Shown here in pieces: positions 49,539 through 58,726 of a stretch of DNA of 64,000 nucleotides (the stretch's first letter is position 1; the number at the start of each line of letters is the position of its first letter). Below the pieces are notes generated by a model. That model was not told the origin of the DNA, searched no databases, and saw nothing but the letters and a program-made list of their open reading frames with translations. Source of the DNA: an uncultured Pseudomonadales bacterium (GTDB lineage Bacteria; Pseudomonadota; Gammaproteobacteria; Pseudomonadales; Pseudohongiellaceae); assembly GCA_963925675.1 (NCBI GenBank), contig CAWUSW010000034.1, positions 2,895 through 66,894 of the forward strand. Reading direction: 5' to 3'. The position numbers and the translations under genes are program-made.

Positions 49539-51449
49539 TTATTTAAGAAGAAACAGGCTCAGTGCCGGGAAAACCATCAACAGGATGGTGACCATCAGAG
49601 TAATCAATACAAAAGGCAAAGCCCCGCTGAAAATCATGCCCAGACTGATTGACTCATCATCCACACTTGCTTTGATGACGTAGACACTCAAACCCAATGG
49701 CGGGGTTAACAAGCCTATTTCGATTCCTACTACAGTAATGATGCCAAACCAGACCAGGTTTTCCCCCATCGCTGCAACTACCGGTAATGCCAGCGGTAAC
49801 AGTATCAACATGATAGAAGTTGAATCCAGTACCGTGCCCAGAATAATCAGTAAGCCGAGGTAAATTACTAAAAATCCGGCAAGGCCGAGACTTGAATCTC
49901 CCAGTATGGCCGCAATAACCTGAGGCAATTCTGTCAGGGTTAACATCATGCTGAAAATACTGGCACAGATAATCAGAAACAGGATACTGACTGAGACTTG
50001 CCCCGCTTCCTGCATAACTTCCCATAAACGTCCTTTATCAAGCTTGCCGCGTACCAGTGCAATCAACATAGCCGCTAAAGCACCGGCGGCGCCAGCTTCT
50101 GTTGGCGTAAATATCCCGCCATAGATCCCACCTAAAACAACAAGCACGAGAACCAGTACGGCTAGAAGCCCTGGCCAGGCAGGCCCATCAGCATTCCTTG
50201 CATCGATTGTTTCTCCCTGGATTTCACCCACAAAAGTGGGGACAAAAAATGCCATCAGTAACACTCCGACAGCAAAACAACATGCAAGGATAATGCCTGG
50301 AATAATGGCGGCAATAAATAAATCACCAATAGAGACTTCTGCAATAACCCCGTAAACAATGAGCAGCAAACTAGGCGGAATGAGCATACCTAGAACAGAA
50401 GACCCGGCAGTTAAGCCCACCGCAAAACGTTTTGTATAACCATGGCGTACCAACTCCGGCACCGCTATCTTTGAAAAAATGGCAGCAGACGCTATGGATA
50501 TACCGGTTATAGCCGCGAAAATCGCATTCGCTGCCACTGTAGCCACACCAAGACCGCCTTTTATTCTGCCAAACACTTGCTGAGCAGCACGAAATGCATC
50601 CCTGCCAATATCAGCGACATTGACAAAAAGCCCCATCAACACAAAGAGAGGAACAGTGGCAAATACATATTCTGACACTGTGCCTTCAGCAGCAAGAGAC
50701 AAGGTGCGAGTAGCTATAGTGAAGTCCTGTTTCAGGACCGCCAGGCCAAGAAAACCCGTCAGCAGCAAAGAGATAGCAATAGGCATGCCCATAGCTATCA
50801 GGATTAGTGCCAGAGCAATCATAAACACGCCTACAACACGTGGTTCAACATTGAGTGTCCACAGCATATACAACACTACAAATACCACTGCAGGCAAAAG
50901 GAAGGCTTTTAAAAGAGGTAACAACTTTAAGCCTTTACCTGGACCATGGGCTGTATAAATCTGTCGACAATATTCAAGCGCTGAAATCGCAGCCCCTAAT
51001 ACAATAATAAATTTAACCGGCCACACGGTGATGGTAAACACCGATTCCACACCGGCGAATTCGTTTGTTGAAAAAGCTTTGATAAAGTCCGGCCATGCCC
51101 CCAGCGCCATAAAGAACATAATTACTGTGGCACTAAGCATCATCACAAGTTGCCATGCGTTGAGGAAATCAGGTGCTTTCAGGGCGTAGCTGTGACGAAA
51201 AAATTCGGTGCTGGTGAGTCTGTTGTGATGAATAGCATTAGCCAATTGCAGAAAAACTGCCGCTACCAGAGATAATGACGCCATTTCCGGAACGCCGGTG
51301 ATTGGATGATCGAATAAATTTCTGCCGGCAATATCTGCACAAATCAGAAACATAATGGCGAAAATCCAGATAACCCCTGCACCATTCAATCGACTTATGA
51401 ACCGGTTAAATAAAAATCCGGCAGTATTCGCTTCAACTGCACCTGACAC
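49539..51449 (-). CDS. TRAP transporter fused small/large permease (DctQ-DctM fusion)
   Basis: 636 aa. The N-terminal roughly 170 aa is a four-TM DctQ-like part and the rest is a DctM-like 12-TM part. Confidence 0.85.
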   Translation of the reverse strand: MSGAVEANTAGFLFNRFISRLNGAGVIWIFAIMFLICADIAGRNLFDHPITGVPEMASLSLVAAVFLQLANAIHHNRLTSTEFFRHSYALKAPDFLNAWQLVMMLSATVIMFFMALGAWPDFIKAFSTNEFAGVESVFTITVWPVKFIIVLGAAISALEYCRQIYTAHGPGKGLKLLPLLKAFLLPAVVFVVLYMLWTLNVEPRVVGVFMIALALILIAMGMPIAISLLLTGFLGLAVLKQDFTIATRTLSLAAEGTVSEYVFATVPLFVLMGLFVNVADIGRDAFRAAQQVFGRIKGGLGVATVAANAIFAAITGISIASAAIFSKIAVPELVRHGYTKRFAVGLTAGSSVLGMLIPPSLLLIVYGVIAEVSIGDLFIAAIIPGIILACCFAVGVLLMAFFVPTFVGEIQGETIDARNADGPAWPGLLAVLVLVLVVLGGIYGGIFTPTEAGAAGALAAMLIALVRGKLDKGRLWEVMQEAGQVSVSILFLIICASIFSMMLTLTELPQVIAAILGDSSLGLAGFLVIYLGLLIILGTVLDSTSIMLILLPLALPVVAAMGENLVWFGIITVVGIEIGLLTPPLGLSVYVIKASVDDESISLGMIFSGALPFVLITLMVTILLMVFPALSLFLLK

Positions 51450-51477
51450 CAGCCCTACCCCTTTTATTTTGAACGCT

Positions 51478-51582
51478 CACGGGGTTAAAACCCCTCCTAC
51501 AAGGTTTAGCGAATCTATGTAGGAGGGACTTCAGTCCCGAAGAAAGGTGCTCAGCTCTTCGGGGTTAAAACCCCTCCTACAC
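51478..51582. repeat. REP-like nested hairpin cluster between the TRAP SBP and permease genes
   Basis: The 21-mer GGGGTTAAAACCCCTCCTACA occurs at 51481-51501 and 51561-51581. The inverted partner TGTAGGAGGG is at 51518-51527. Hairpin GGGAC-ttca-GTCCC at 51525-51538. Inverted repeat CCCGAAG/CTTCGGG at 51536-42 and 51557-63. Confidence 0.85.
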
Positions 51583-51610
51583 ACTTTCCACTTTTAACTT
51601 GTGACTTATC
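51583..51610 (-). repeat. heptanucleotide array (4 units) abutting the TRAP SBP stop codon
   Basis: ACTTT at 51583, ACTTT at 51590, ACTTG at 51597 and ACTTA at 51604, with exact 7-bp spacing. On the minus strand this reads TGA-TAAGTca-CAAGTta-AAAGTgg-AAAGT. Confidence 0.75.
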
Positions 51611-52733
51611 ATTCCTGATCCCATTGACGTCTGGGCTTACCCCCTGCAGCACGGATTGCATCCATATAAGCCTCAAGGACTTCCCGCGCTGGATATCCTC
51701 TGGCTTCAGCGGCATCTGCCCAGCGTCCTGCAATATTCGGTAATTGTTCAATCCACCGTGTTTTCTCTGCTTCTGACAGCTCGCTAACAATTGCCCCATC
51801 AGCTGCCATAGCGGCCAAGCCATTGTCATAACGTACTGCGAGCTCATCGGCAACTTTGAGACTATATTCTCCGCCAAGTTCCGAGAGTACCTTTTGCACA
51901 TCATCAGGCAAGCCACCCCAGGTATCCAGATTAACGGACATTCCACCAGTCAATTGGCCACCGATTCCCACCAGAGTGATATAGGGAGCTACTTCATGAA
52001 TACGATATGCCGGTGCGCCAGTCATCATAATAAGCACCCCATCTGCGACACCAGTCTGAATTTGAGTGTAATAACTGGTTAGTCCCCCTTCTACAGCAAT
52101 AGCACCGGTTCCTTCAAGCCACGCTGAAGTGACGCCTGGCGCAAGAATTTTGCGACCACGTAAATCATCAACCGACTCAACAGGAAAATTTGTCATCAGG
52201 TGATAGGTGTCCAGCACACTACCTCCAAGAAAATGCTGGTTTTGAGTAGTCCAGGCAGCATTCAAGGCCGGCATGGTTTCATGCAGCTCATTCATAACTC
52301 GTCGAATCAAATGAAAATCATCAGTGGCAAAAGGGGAAAAATACGTGACATTCTGCAAGGGCATTTTTGATAGCTCCCACAATGTACCAACCCAGCCAAC
52401 ATCTGTTAAACCAATTTCTACCGCTTCCAGTGTGTTTTCAAGTTTATATAAAGAGCCTCCATAAGCTTCGGTCCAGCGAATGTCATAGGGACTCTCTACT
52501 TGCTTTAAACGCATATTTGCTTGGGCTACGACATGACTGTGCATCACACCTACCCAGGGCAATGCCGTGTTATGACTTGAAGCAATAGTCAGACGTATGG
52601 TTTCTGCTTGGCCGAAAAGCGGAAAAAAAAGAAAAGCACACAATAAAAAAGGTGTCAGGACATGAGTCCGGACACCTTTAATATTAAATAGAAACTGCGA
52701 CCAATTGGGCATATCTATTCTCGGTTTATGCAT
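51609..52733 (-). CDS. TRAP transporter substrate-binding protein (DctP type)
   Basis: Signal peptide ..FLFFPLFGQA|E and the DctP-like core (...YTQIQTGVADGV..., ...HEVAPYITL...). The start may instead be the second ATG at 52712. Confidence 0.8.
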   Translation of the reverse strand: MHKPRIDMPNWSQFLFNIKGVRTHVLTPFLLCAFLFFPLFGQAETIRLTIASSHNTALPWVGVMHSHVVAQANMRLKQVESPYDIRWTEAYGGSLYKLENTLEAVEIGLTDVGWVGTLWELSKMPLQNVTYFSPFATDDFHLIRRVMNELHETMPALNAAWTTQNQHFLGGSVLDTYHLMTNFPVESVDDLRGRKILAPGVTSAWLEGTGAIAVEGGLTSYYTQIQTGVADGVLIMMTGAPAYRIHEVAPYITLVGIGGQLTGGMSVNLDTWGGLPDDVQKVLSELGGEYSLKVADELAVRYDNGLAAMAADGAIVSELSEAEKTRWIEQLPNIAGRWADAAEARGYPAREVLEAYMDAIRAAGGKPRRQWDQE

Positions 52734-52739
52734 ATGTAA

Positions 52740-53507
52740 TTAACGCGGTTTCTGAAATATCAGTAATGCCCTGTCCGTGCCTCCTCGCATCCCAGGAGAA
52801 AAAACCATCGCAGTTCTATCATCATCAGGATTAGCGAGAATATCACTGTCTACGATCAGGTTAAATCCTGCCGCAGAAATCTCATTTACAATTGCTTCTT
52901 TGCCAATGCGGTGAATAGTGGTTGTGTCACGCCATCCTGAGCCATCTTCAGCCAGATGATCAACAATGACATATTTGCCTCCCGGCTTCAGTGCAGCAAA
53001 AATCTTGCTGTTCATTAGCGCTATGTCTACCTCTACACCCTGCAGGTCATGGTAATAAAGTATGTTGTACACAGCATCCAGATCCGCTGGCAAACTTAAA
53101 TCACTATAATCAACAATATGATATTCAGCATTAGCGCGTGCATCCGCAAAAGCTTGGCCAGCAACACCAACATTACCTTCTCCGAAATCTGCAAGATAAG
53201 GCATATCATACATCTCCACCTTACCGGCCGGACCGACTGCTTCTACCAGCATTGGCGTGTAGTACTGTCCAAAGGTAGTGATTTCAGCAACATGGTCACC
53301 TTCATTTAAATCAGCAAGGGTCAGTACTTGTGCAGGTAAACGCCCTGTATCTCTTGCAGTAGCCTCAGCATTCCTGACATCAGACTCAACTGCACGTTTG
53401 ATATGGGCGGGGGTATTATCAGGGACAGAATAGTCTTGAGCGACAGCTGCATGGCCTGGCAAAGCAATCGTTAGCAACAAACCCAGTGAATAATAAAATG
53501 TCCTCAC
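52740..53507 (-). CDS. exported class I SAM-dependent methyltransferase (COG4798-like)
   Basis: Signal peptide MRTFYYSLGLLLTIALPGHAAVA. Methyltransferase-fold segments (VAEITTFGQYYT, LKPGGKYVIVDH). GTG start with AAGGAG 6 nt upstream. Confidence 0.6.
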   Translation of the reverse strand: MRTFYYSLGLLLTIALPGHAAVAQDYSVPDNTPAHIKRAVESDVRNAEATARDTGRLPAQVLTLADLNEGDHVAEITTFGQYYTPMLVEAVGPAGKVEMYDMPYLADFGEGNVGVAGQAFADARANAEYHIVDYSDLSLPADLDAVYNILYYHDLQGVEVDIALMNSKIFAALKPGGKYVIVDHLAEDGSGWRDTTTIHRIGKEAIVNEISAAGFNLIVDSDILANPDDDRTAMVFSPGMRGGTDRALLIFQKPR

Positions 53508-53553
53508 ATATGCTCCTTATTACTGCAAATAAATACTGAAAAACAGACCTGCC

Positions 53554-53595
53554 AAAAAATCCTCAGACAAACAATTGTAAACCTGAGGATTTTTT
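53554..53595 (-). terminator. rho-independent terminator of htpG
   Basis: The minus strand reads AATCCTCAG-(16 nt)-CTGAGGATT followed by TTTTTT. A 9-bp perfect stem. Confidence 0.8.
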
Positions 53596-53620
53596 ATGCA
53601 ACAGTACCAGTACTATTTAT

Positions 53621-55552
53621 CTAGTTGCTCAAATCAAGCAGCAATTTGTTTAGTTTCTGAATGTAGCTGGACGGATCATCCAATTGACCACCTTCAGCAA
53701 GGCTGGCCTGATCAAATAGAATGGAAGCTAAATCATTAAAACGATCTTCATCGGCTTCTTTATCCAGCTTACCTATTAATGGATGACCAGTGTTGATTTC
53801 AAGGTTAGGTTTTGATTCAGGCATAGCCTGACCCGCCGCCTCCATGATTTTACGCATCTGTGCACCCATATCATCTTCAGCGATGGATAAACACGCAGGT
53901 GATTCAGTGAGTCGATTGGTAGTGCGCACTTCTGCTACTTTATCACCAAGGGTTGCCTTGATTCTTTCCAGCAAGGGCGCCGCATTTTTGTCCTGCTCTT
54001 CCTGCTGTTTTTTGTCTTCGTCACTATCCAGCTCACCAAGATCAAGTTCACCTCTTGTCACATCCTGAAAGTGCTTGCCACCAAATTCCATCAGATGACT
54101 GATGAACCACTCGTCAACGCGATCAGTTAGCAGCAATACTTCAATGCCTTTTTTCCTGAACACTTCCAGATGCGGACTATTCTTTACAGTATTGAATGAT
54201 TCACCCGATACATAATAAATTTTCGTCTGACCTTCCTGCATTCTGCTGACGTAATCTTCCAATGACTGGTCTTGAGTCGCTTGCCCGGTATGGGTGGTAG
54301 AAAATAAAAGTAATTTAGCAATTTTTTCTTTATTGACACTATCTTCAGCTGGGCCTTCTTTCAATACCTGGCCAAATTCATCCCAGAATTTCTGGTAGCC
54401 TTCCTTGTTTTTCTTTTTGAGTTTTGCCAGCATATCCAGAACACGTTTGGATAATGCGCTCTTCATCGAATCAATTGCAGGATCTTTCTGCAATATCTCA
54501 CGACTGACGTTCAGTGAAATATCATTGGAATCCACCACACCTTTAACAAAGCGTAGATACATCGGAAGAAATTGCTCAGCATCATCCATGATAAAAACAC
54601 GCTGCACATACAATTTTAAGCCGCGAGCCGCATCTCTATTCCACATATCAAACGCTGCCCTGGTCGGCAAATACAGGAGACTGGTGTACTCAAGTTTGCC
54701 TTCTACCTTGTTGTGGCTCCAATCCAGCGGATCTTCGAAATCATGGCTGATGTGTTTGTAAAACTCTTTGTATTCTTCATCGTTGAGCTCATTACGTGGA
54801 CGAGTCCATAAAGCCCGCGCACTATTAGCTGCTTCATATTCCGGCACTTTCTTTTTAGCTTTTTTGCCGTCTTCCTTTTCTTCTACATCATCAACACCAT
54901 GATTTTCTTTCAGCATCATGACCGGGATCGAAATATGATCCGCGTATTTTCTAACGATACCTCGAAGTCGAAAGCCTTCGGCAAACTCTTTCTCTTCTTT
55001 CTTTAAATGCAGGACAATGGTAGTGCCTCTATCGGTTTTATCAAGCGCTTCCACATTGAAGTCAGACTCACCAGATGATTCCCATTTAACGCCTTTCGTT
55101 GCTGGCTCTCCGGCTTTACGGCTAAATACCTCAACACGGTCAGCCACAATAAAAGCAGAATAAAAACCAACACCAAATTTACCAATAAGGTTTGAATCTT
55201 TCTTCTCATCGCCAGTTAGTGATTCCAGAAACTGCGCAGTGCCGGATTTCGCAATTGTGCCCAGATGTTCAACAATCTCATCACGTGTCATGCCTATGCC
55301 ATTGTCAGAGATACTAATGGTCTTTTTCTTGGCATCGAAATCTACCGTTATTTTTAAATCTGAATCTTCTTCAAGTAATTCCGGTTTAGCCAATGCCGCA
55401 AATCGGAGTTTATCTGCAGCATCAGATGCGTTGGAAATAAGCTCACGAAGAAAAATTTCTTTATTGCTGTATAGGGAGTGAATCATCAAATGAAGCAATT
55501 GTTTTGCTTCGGTCTGAAAACCCAGCGTTTCTTTTTTAGCTTCTGCACCCAT
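53621..55552 (-). CDS. htpG: molecular chaperone HtpG (Hsp90)
   Basis: ELISNASDA and [14 protein letters not shown]-binding motifs. 643 aa. Confidence 0.96.
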   Translation of the reverse strand: MGAEAKKETLGFQTEAKQLLHLMIHSLYSNKEIFLRELISNASDAADKLRFAALAKPELLEEDSDLKITVDFDAKKKTISISDNGIGMTRDEIVEHLGTIAKSGTAQFLESLTGDEKKDSNLIGKFGVGFYSAFIVADRVEVFSRKAGEPATKGVKWESSGESDFNVEALDKTDRGTTIVLHLKKEEKEFAEGFRLRGIVRKYADHISIPVMMLKENHGVDDVEEKEDGKKAKKKVPEYEAANSARALWTRPRNELNDEEYKEFYKHISHDFEDPLDWSHNKVEGKLEYTSLLYLPTRAAFDMWNRDAARGLKLYVQRVFIMDDAEQFLPMYLRFVKGVVDSNDISLNVSREILQKDPAIDSMKSALSKRVLDMLAKLKKKNKEGYQKFWDEFGQVLKEGPAEDSVNKEKIAKLLLFSTTHTGQATQDQSLEDYVSRMQEGQTKIYYVSGESFNTVKNSPHLEVFRKKGIEVLLLTDRVDEWFISHLMEFGGKHFQDVTRGELDLGELDSDEDKKQQEEQDKNAAPLLERIKATLGDKVAEVRTTNRLTESPACLSIAEDDMGAQMRKIMEAAGQAMPESKPNLEINTGHPLIGKLDKEADEDRFNDLASILFDQASLAEGGQLDDPSSYIQKLNKLLLDLSN

Positions 55553-55595
55553 GTCTTTTACGACTCCACAATGTTTTTATAGATAAGCACCAAAG

Positions 55596-55621
55596 ATATG
55601 GGCAATTCCTGTAATTTCAAG
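55596..55621 (-). promoter_or_regulatory. sigma32-type heat-shock promoter of htpG
   Basis: The minus strand reads CCTTGAA-attacaggaattg-CCCATATC, that is CTTGAA-N13-CCCATAT, about 45 nt upstream of the htpG ATG. Confidence 0.7.
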
Positions 55622-55623
55622 GC

Positions 55624-55648
55624 AAAAAAAAACGCATCTTTTGATGCG
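55624..55648 (-). terminator. rho-independent terminator of the TonB2-type cluster
   Basis: The minus strand reads CGCATC-aaaa-GATGCG followed by a T9 run. It lies downstream of the TPR gene stop (55695). Confidence 0.8.
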
Positions 55649-55694
55649 CTTTTCAACCTATACAACTATTTTCTTATTATTGTAATTTACAACA

Positions 55695-57077
55695 CTACCT
55701 GAAATATTCTGCAAGTTCTCGACGTTGACGCTGGATAGTGTCATAGCGTTCTTTTTCACGAGTTAATACTGTAATCCAGGTATCAGCAGTTTCTTCACTG
55801 CGCTCGTCTGTTCGAGCAGATCGCGCTGCTTCTATGCCTTCAGCATAACGATTGAGTTCCATTAATGAACGTGCCAAAGAAAGATAAACCTGATCAGGAC
55901 GATCCAGATCACCTTTGTCTAATGCCATCTCAAAAGACTCTACAGACTTCTCAAATTCCTGCATGGTGGAGTAAATTCTGCCCAGACGAGCATAGTTTTC
56001 ACCATCTTCAGTCATTACCGCGGCTCTTGCCAGTGGCTCTGCAGCCTTTTCGTCTTCCCTAGCAATCTGGTAGCAGGTTGATAAAAAGGAGAGGTTCCCG
56101 GCATCTTCTTCAATAATGCCATCTGACATGCCTTTTTCCATAATACGGGCACAACCATAAGGATAATCACTATTGTAGAGCTGAGCAGCCAGATTCACGA
56201 GTTGGGCTTCAGAATCAAGATGGCCCAGGGCATTGGTCACATAATAAGACTGTCCCTGTTCCGCAAAGCGTTCGATTTGACCAAGAACAGCCGGCATTAG
56301 TGTCCAGTCATTCTGCTCGTTATACAAAACCACTGATTCCCTAAGAATCTGGTAGGCGCTGACATAATCTTCTACATTGAAATAGAGCGCTCGTAACAGG
56401 TCGTAAGTATTTTTGGAAATGTCTTCATTCTTGGATCGAAGAATTTCCATATTACGCAGAATATTAGGAATGGCTTCATTATATTCTTCAAGCTGATAAT
56501 AAGCCGTACCAATGCGAAAATAGACATCCTCATTAGGTTCGAAGGCTATTTCGTTATACTTCCCAAAATTTTCTATCGCCTCACGAAACTGTTCCTGCAC
56601 ATAATGCAGTGAACCCAGATAAAAAAGAGTTTGCTCCAGCTGTTCCTGAGTCATATTAGGCAGAACCAGCATCTCCTGATAGGCGCCTATAGCCTCATCA
56701 TAGCGTTCCTGAATCTGGTAAAGATTTGCATAAAACTGCCACATGACAAATTTTTCCCTGTCATTAAGGCGGTCTCTGTCATAGTCCTCTTTTACCTCCC
56801 CAAGAACCTCCAGGGCTTCATTAAACAGCTCCATATCACGAAGTTCCATTACTTCGTTGATACGGGTAACCATACGCCGACCCAGTGTTTGTGAGGATCT
56901 GGCTTCCGGTGGCGCCCTGCGCCCTTCATCATCTTCTGCGGCTTGTACCTGTCCACCTTTAATGATTCCAGTAAACCCTGATTCCACAACCATAGGTACT
57001 GACATCACAGTCACAATCAAAAATGCAAAACCTGATAGTTTTAGCAGAACCTGTGAAATAATTTTATGTCTCATCAT
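55695..57077 (-). CDS. TPR-repeat protein (TtpD-like last gene of the TonB2-type cluster)
   Basis: N-terminal signal/anchor, then multiple TPR-like repeats (..YFRIGTAYYQLEEYNEAI.., ..YARLGRIYSTMQEFEKSV..). Confidence 0.7.
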   Translation of the reverse strand: MMRHKIISQVLLKLSGFAFLIVTVMSVPMVVESGFTGIIKGGQVQAAEDDEGRRAPPEARSSQTLGRRMVTRINEVMELRDMELFNEALEVLGEVKEDYDRDRLNDREKFVMWQFYANLYQIQERYDEAIGAYQEMLVLPNMTQEQLEQTLFYLGSLHYVQEQFREAIENFGKYNEIAFEPNEDVYFRIGTAYYQLEEYNEAIPNILRNMEILRSKNEDISKNTYDLLRALYFNVEDYVSAYQILRESVVLYNEQNDWTLMPAVLGQIERFAEQGQSYYVTNALGHLDSEAQLVNLAAQLYNSDYPYGCARIMEKGMSDGIIEEDAGNLSFLSTCYQIAREDEKAAEPLARAAVMTEDGENYARLGRIYSTMQEFEKSVESFEMALDKGDLDRPDQVYLSLARSLMELNRYAEGIEAARSARTDERSEETADTWITVLTREKERYDTIQRQRRELAEYFR

Positions 57078-57085
57078 TCTTATTC

Positions 57086-57703
57086 CTACTCCGCAGCCAG
57101 GTTATATCGGAAAAGATACCTGACACCTGGTACCTGTACAGCTTCACCATCCGATACACGTGCATTGAATTTGAAACGCGAAACTGCACGACGTGAAGCA
57201 GAATCAAAAATATTCTGGGGATCAGCATCGACAACTTCAATGGAATCAGGATCAACAGTGCCCTGAGCTGTTACGGTAAATGACACCAGACACCAACCTT
57301 CAATCCCTCTGGACGCTGCACGCTGAGGATACTGCGGCTCAATTGTCACAATAGGCAACATTTCAGAGTCACTTGCAGAAATGGAGGCATTGTTGTCAAG
57401 GCCGCCCATATCTACTTCTACACGTGAAATATTAAGACCTTCACCTGTTGGTGCATCCAGTGAAATATCTGGCTCTGGCAGGTCCGGAATTTCTTCAGGT
57501 ACATCAGGCTCTTCAGGTTTTGGTTCCTGACGCTGAACTTCCAGCTCAATATCAGGCATGGTGATGTCTGCAATTTTACGTCCTTCGCCTTTTTCAGGTT
57601 CTGTAGCATCCATCGAAATCAGAAATTGCATCAAAAAGAACAATAAAAATGTAACAGCGGAGGCAAAAACAATCGCGAATCCAATGTTGAATAATCTGAT
57701 CAT
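57086..57703 (-). CDS. tonB: energy transducer TonB
   Basis: N-terminal TM helix, Pro/Glu-rich spacer EPKPEEPDVPEEIPDLPEPD, and the C-terminal TonB domain (YPQRAASRGIEGWCLVSFTV...). Confidence 0.85.
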   Translation of the reverse strand: MIRLFNIGFAIVFASAVTFLLFFLMQFLISMDATEPEKGEGRKIADITMPDIELEVQRQEPKPEEPDVPEEIPDLPEPDISLDAPTGEGLNISRVEVDMGGLDNNASISASDSEMLPIVTIEPQYPQRAASRGIEGWCLVSFTVTAQGTVDPDSIEVVDADPQNIFDSASRRAVSRFKFNARVSDGEAVQVPGVRYLFRYNLAAE

Positions 57704-57706
57704 AAT

Positions 57707-58111
57707 TTATTCCTCTGCAGCAATCTGAGTACAACTCGATTGTGCTTCTCTTGCGGCATTCATAATCATTAAGACGAATTCATTGGGCGCATTCTGGTCA
57801 GCCTGAATAACAACACAGGCGTTAGGCGTTTCTGCCAAACGTTGCTCAAGTCTTAGTCGCAAATTACGTGGCGGAATGATATCCCCATCCATCCACATCT
57901 CACCTATTGGGGATATCGCCATCAGTATTGGTTCACCTAGTGTAGGTTCAACTGTAGAGGCTTCAGGATAATCAACTTCATACCCTGCTTCCTTTACAAA
58001 TACAGAGGTCACGATGAAGAAAATAAGCAGGATAAACACCACATCAAGCATTGGTGTCAGGTCTATTTCACCTGCTTGTTCATCTTCCTTCTCTCTCGCA
58101 AAACTTTTCAT
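57707..58111 (-). CDS. exbD: biopolymer transport protein ExbD/TolR
   Basis: 134 aa with EIDLTPMLDVVFILLIFF TM motif. Confidence 0.88.
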   Translation of the reverse strand: MKSFAREKEDEQAGEIDLTPMLDVVFILLIFFIVTSVFVKEAGYEVDYPEASTVEPTLGEPILMAISPIGEMWMDGDIIPPRNLRLRLEQRLAETPNACVVIQADQNAPNEFVLMIMNAAREAQSSCTQIAAEE

Positions 58112-58156
58112 ATTAATTCCTGTTTAAATTTCAGATGAGCACATGGGCTCAAATGA

Positions 58157-58690
58157 TCAGGCATGCTGGATTTCCAAGTGATCTTCCAGCAATCGCAGCT
58201 CACGGTTAGTCCTGACTTTTAAAATGTTGCTGGCAAAAATACCAGATAAGGCACCGACCATTCCCGCCATAGTGGGAATGGTTGCCCTGGCAACACCGCC
58301 AGACATCTGTTTAGCGTCTCCGCCACCCGTTACTGCCATTACATAGAACACTTCAATCATGCCCGTCACAGTGCCTAGCAGTCCAAATAAAGGACACACA
58401 ACAACCAACACTTCAATCAACGGAATAGTAGACCGAAGATCAAGTGTCACACGTGAGACTAATTCCTGCCGGATGGCATGAGCATTCCAGGATTTCTTAT
58501 CAATCCTGGCTTCCCATTCTGATAAAGCAGCTACCACATTTGATTTGTGGATAGTTCTCAGAAACCAGAAGCGCTCAATCATCAGACTCCATTTTACAAA
58601 CAGTAAAATGGCAATGAAATTAAGAACGGGACCACCTCTCTCCATAAAGACATCGATGGTCTCCCAGCTTTCACTCAATGCTTCAAACAT
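58157..58690 (-). CDS. exbB: MotA/TolQ/ExbB proton channel protein (short ExbB)
   Basis: 177 aa, three TM helices, with the conserved GLLGTVTGMI loop. Confidence 0.82.
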   Translation of the reverse strand: MFEALSESWETIDVFMERGGPVLNFIAILLFVKWSLMIERFWFLRTIHKSNVVAALSEWEARIDKKSWNAHAIRQELVSRVTLDLRSTIPLIEVLVVVCPLFGLLGTVTGMIEVFYVMAVTGGGDAKQMSGGVARATIPTMAGMVGALSGIFASNILKVRTNRELRLLEDHLEIQHA

Positions 58691-58726
58691 AAGCTTTTCT
58701 CCAGCTTTTATAATTGCTTTATTAGC

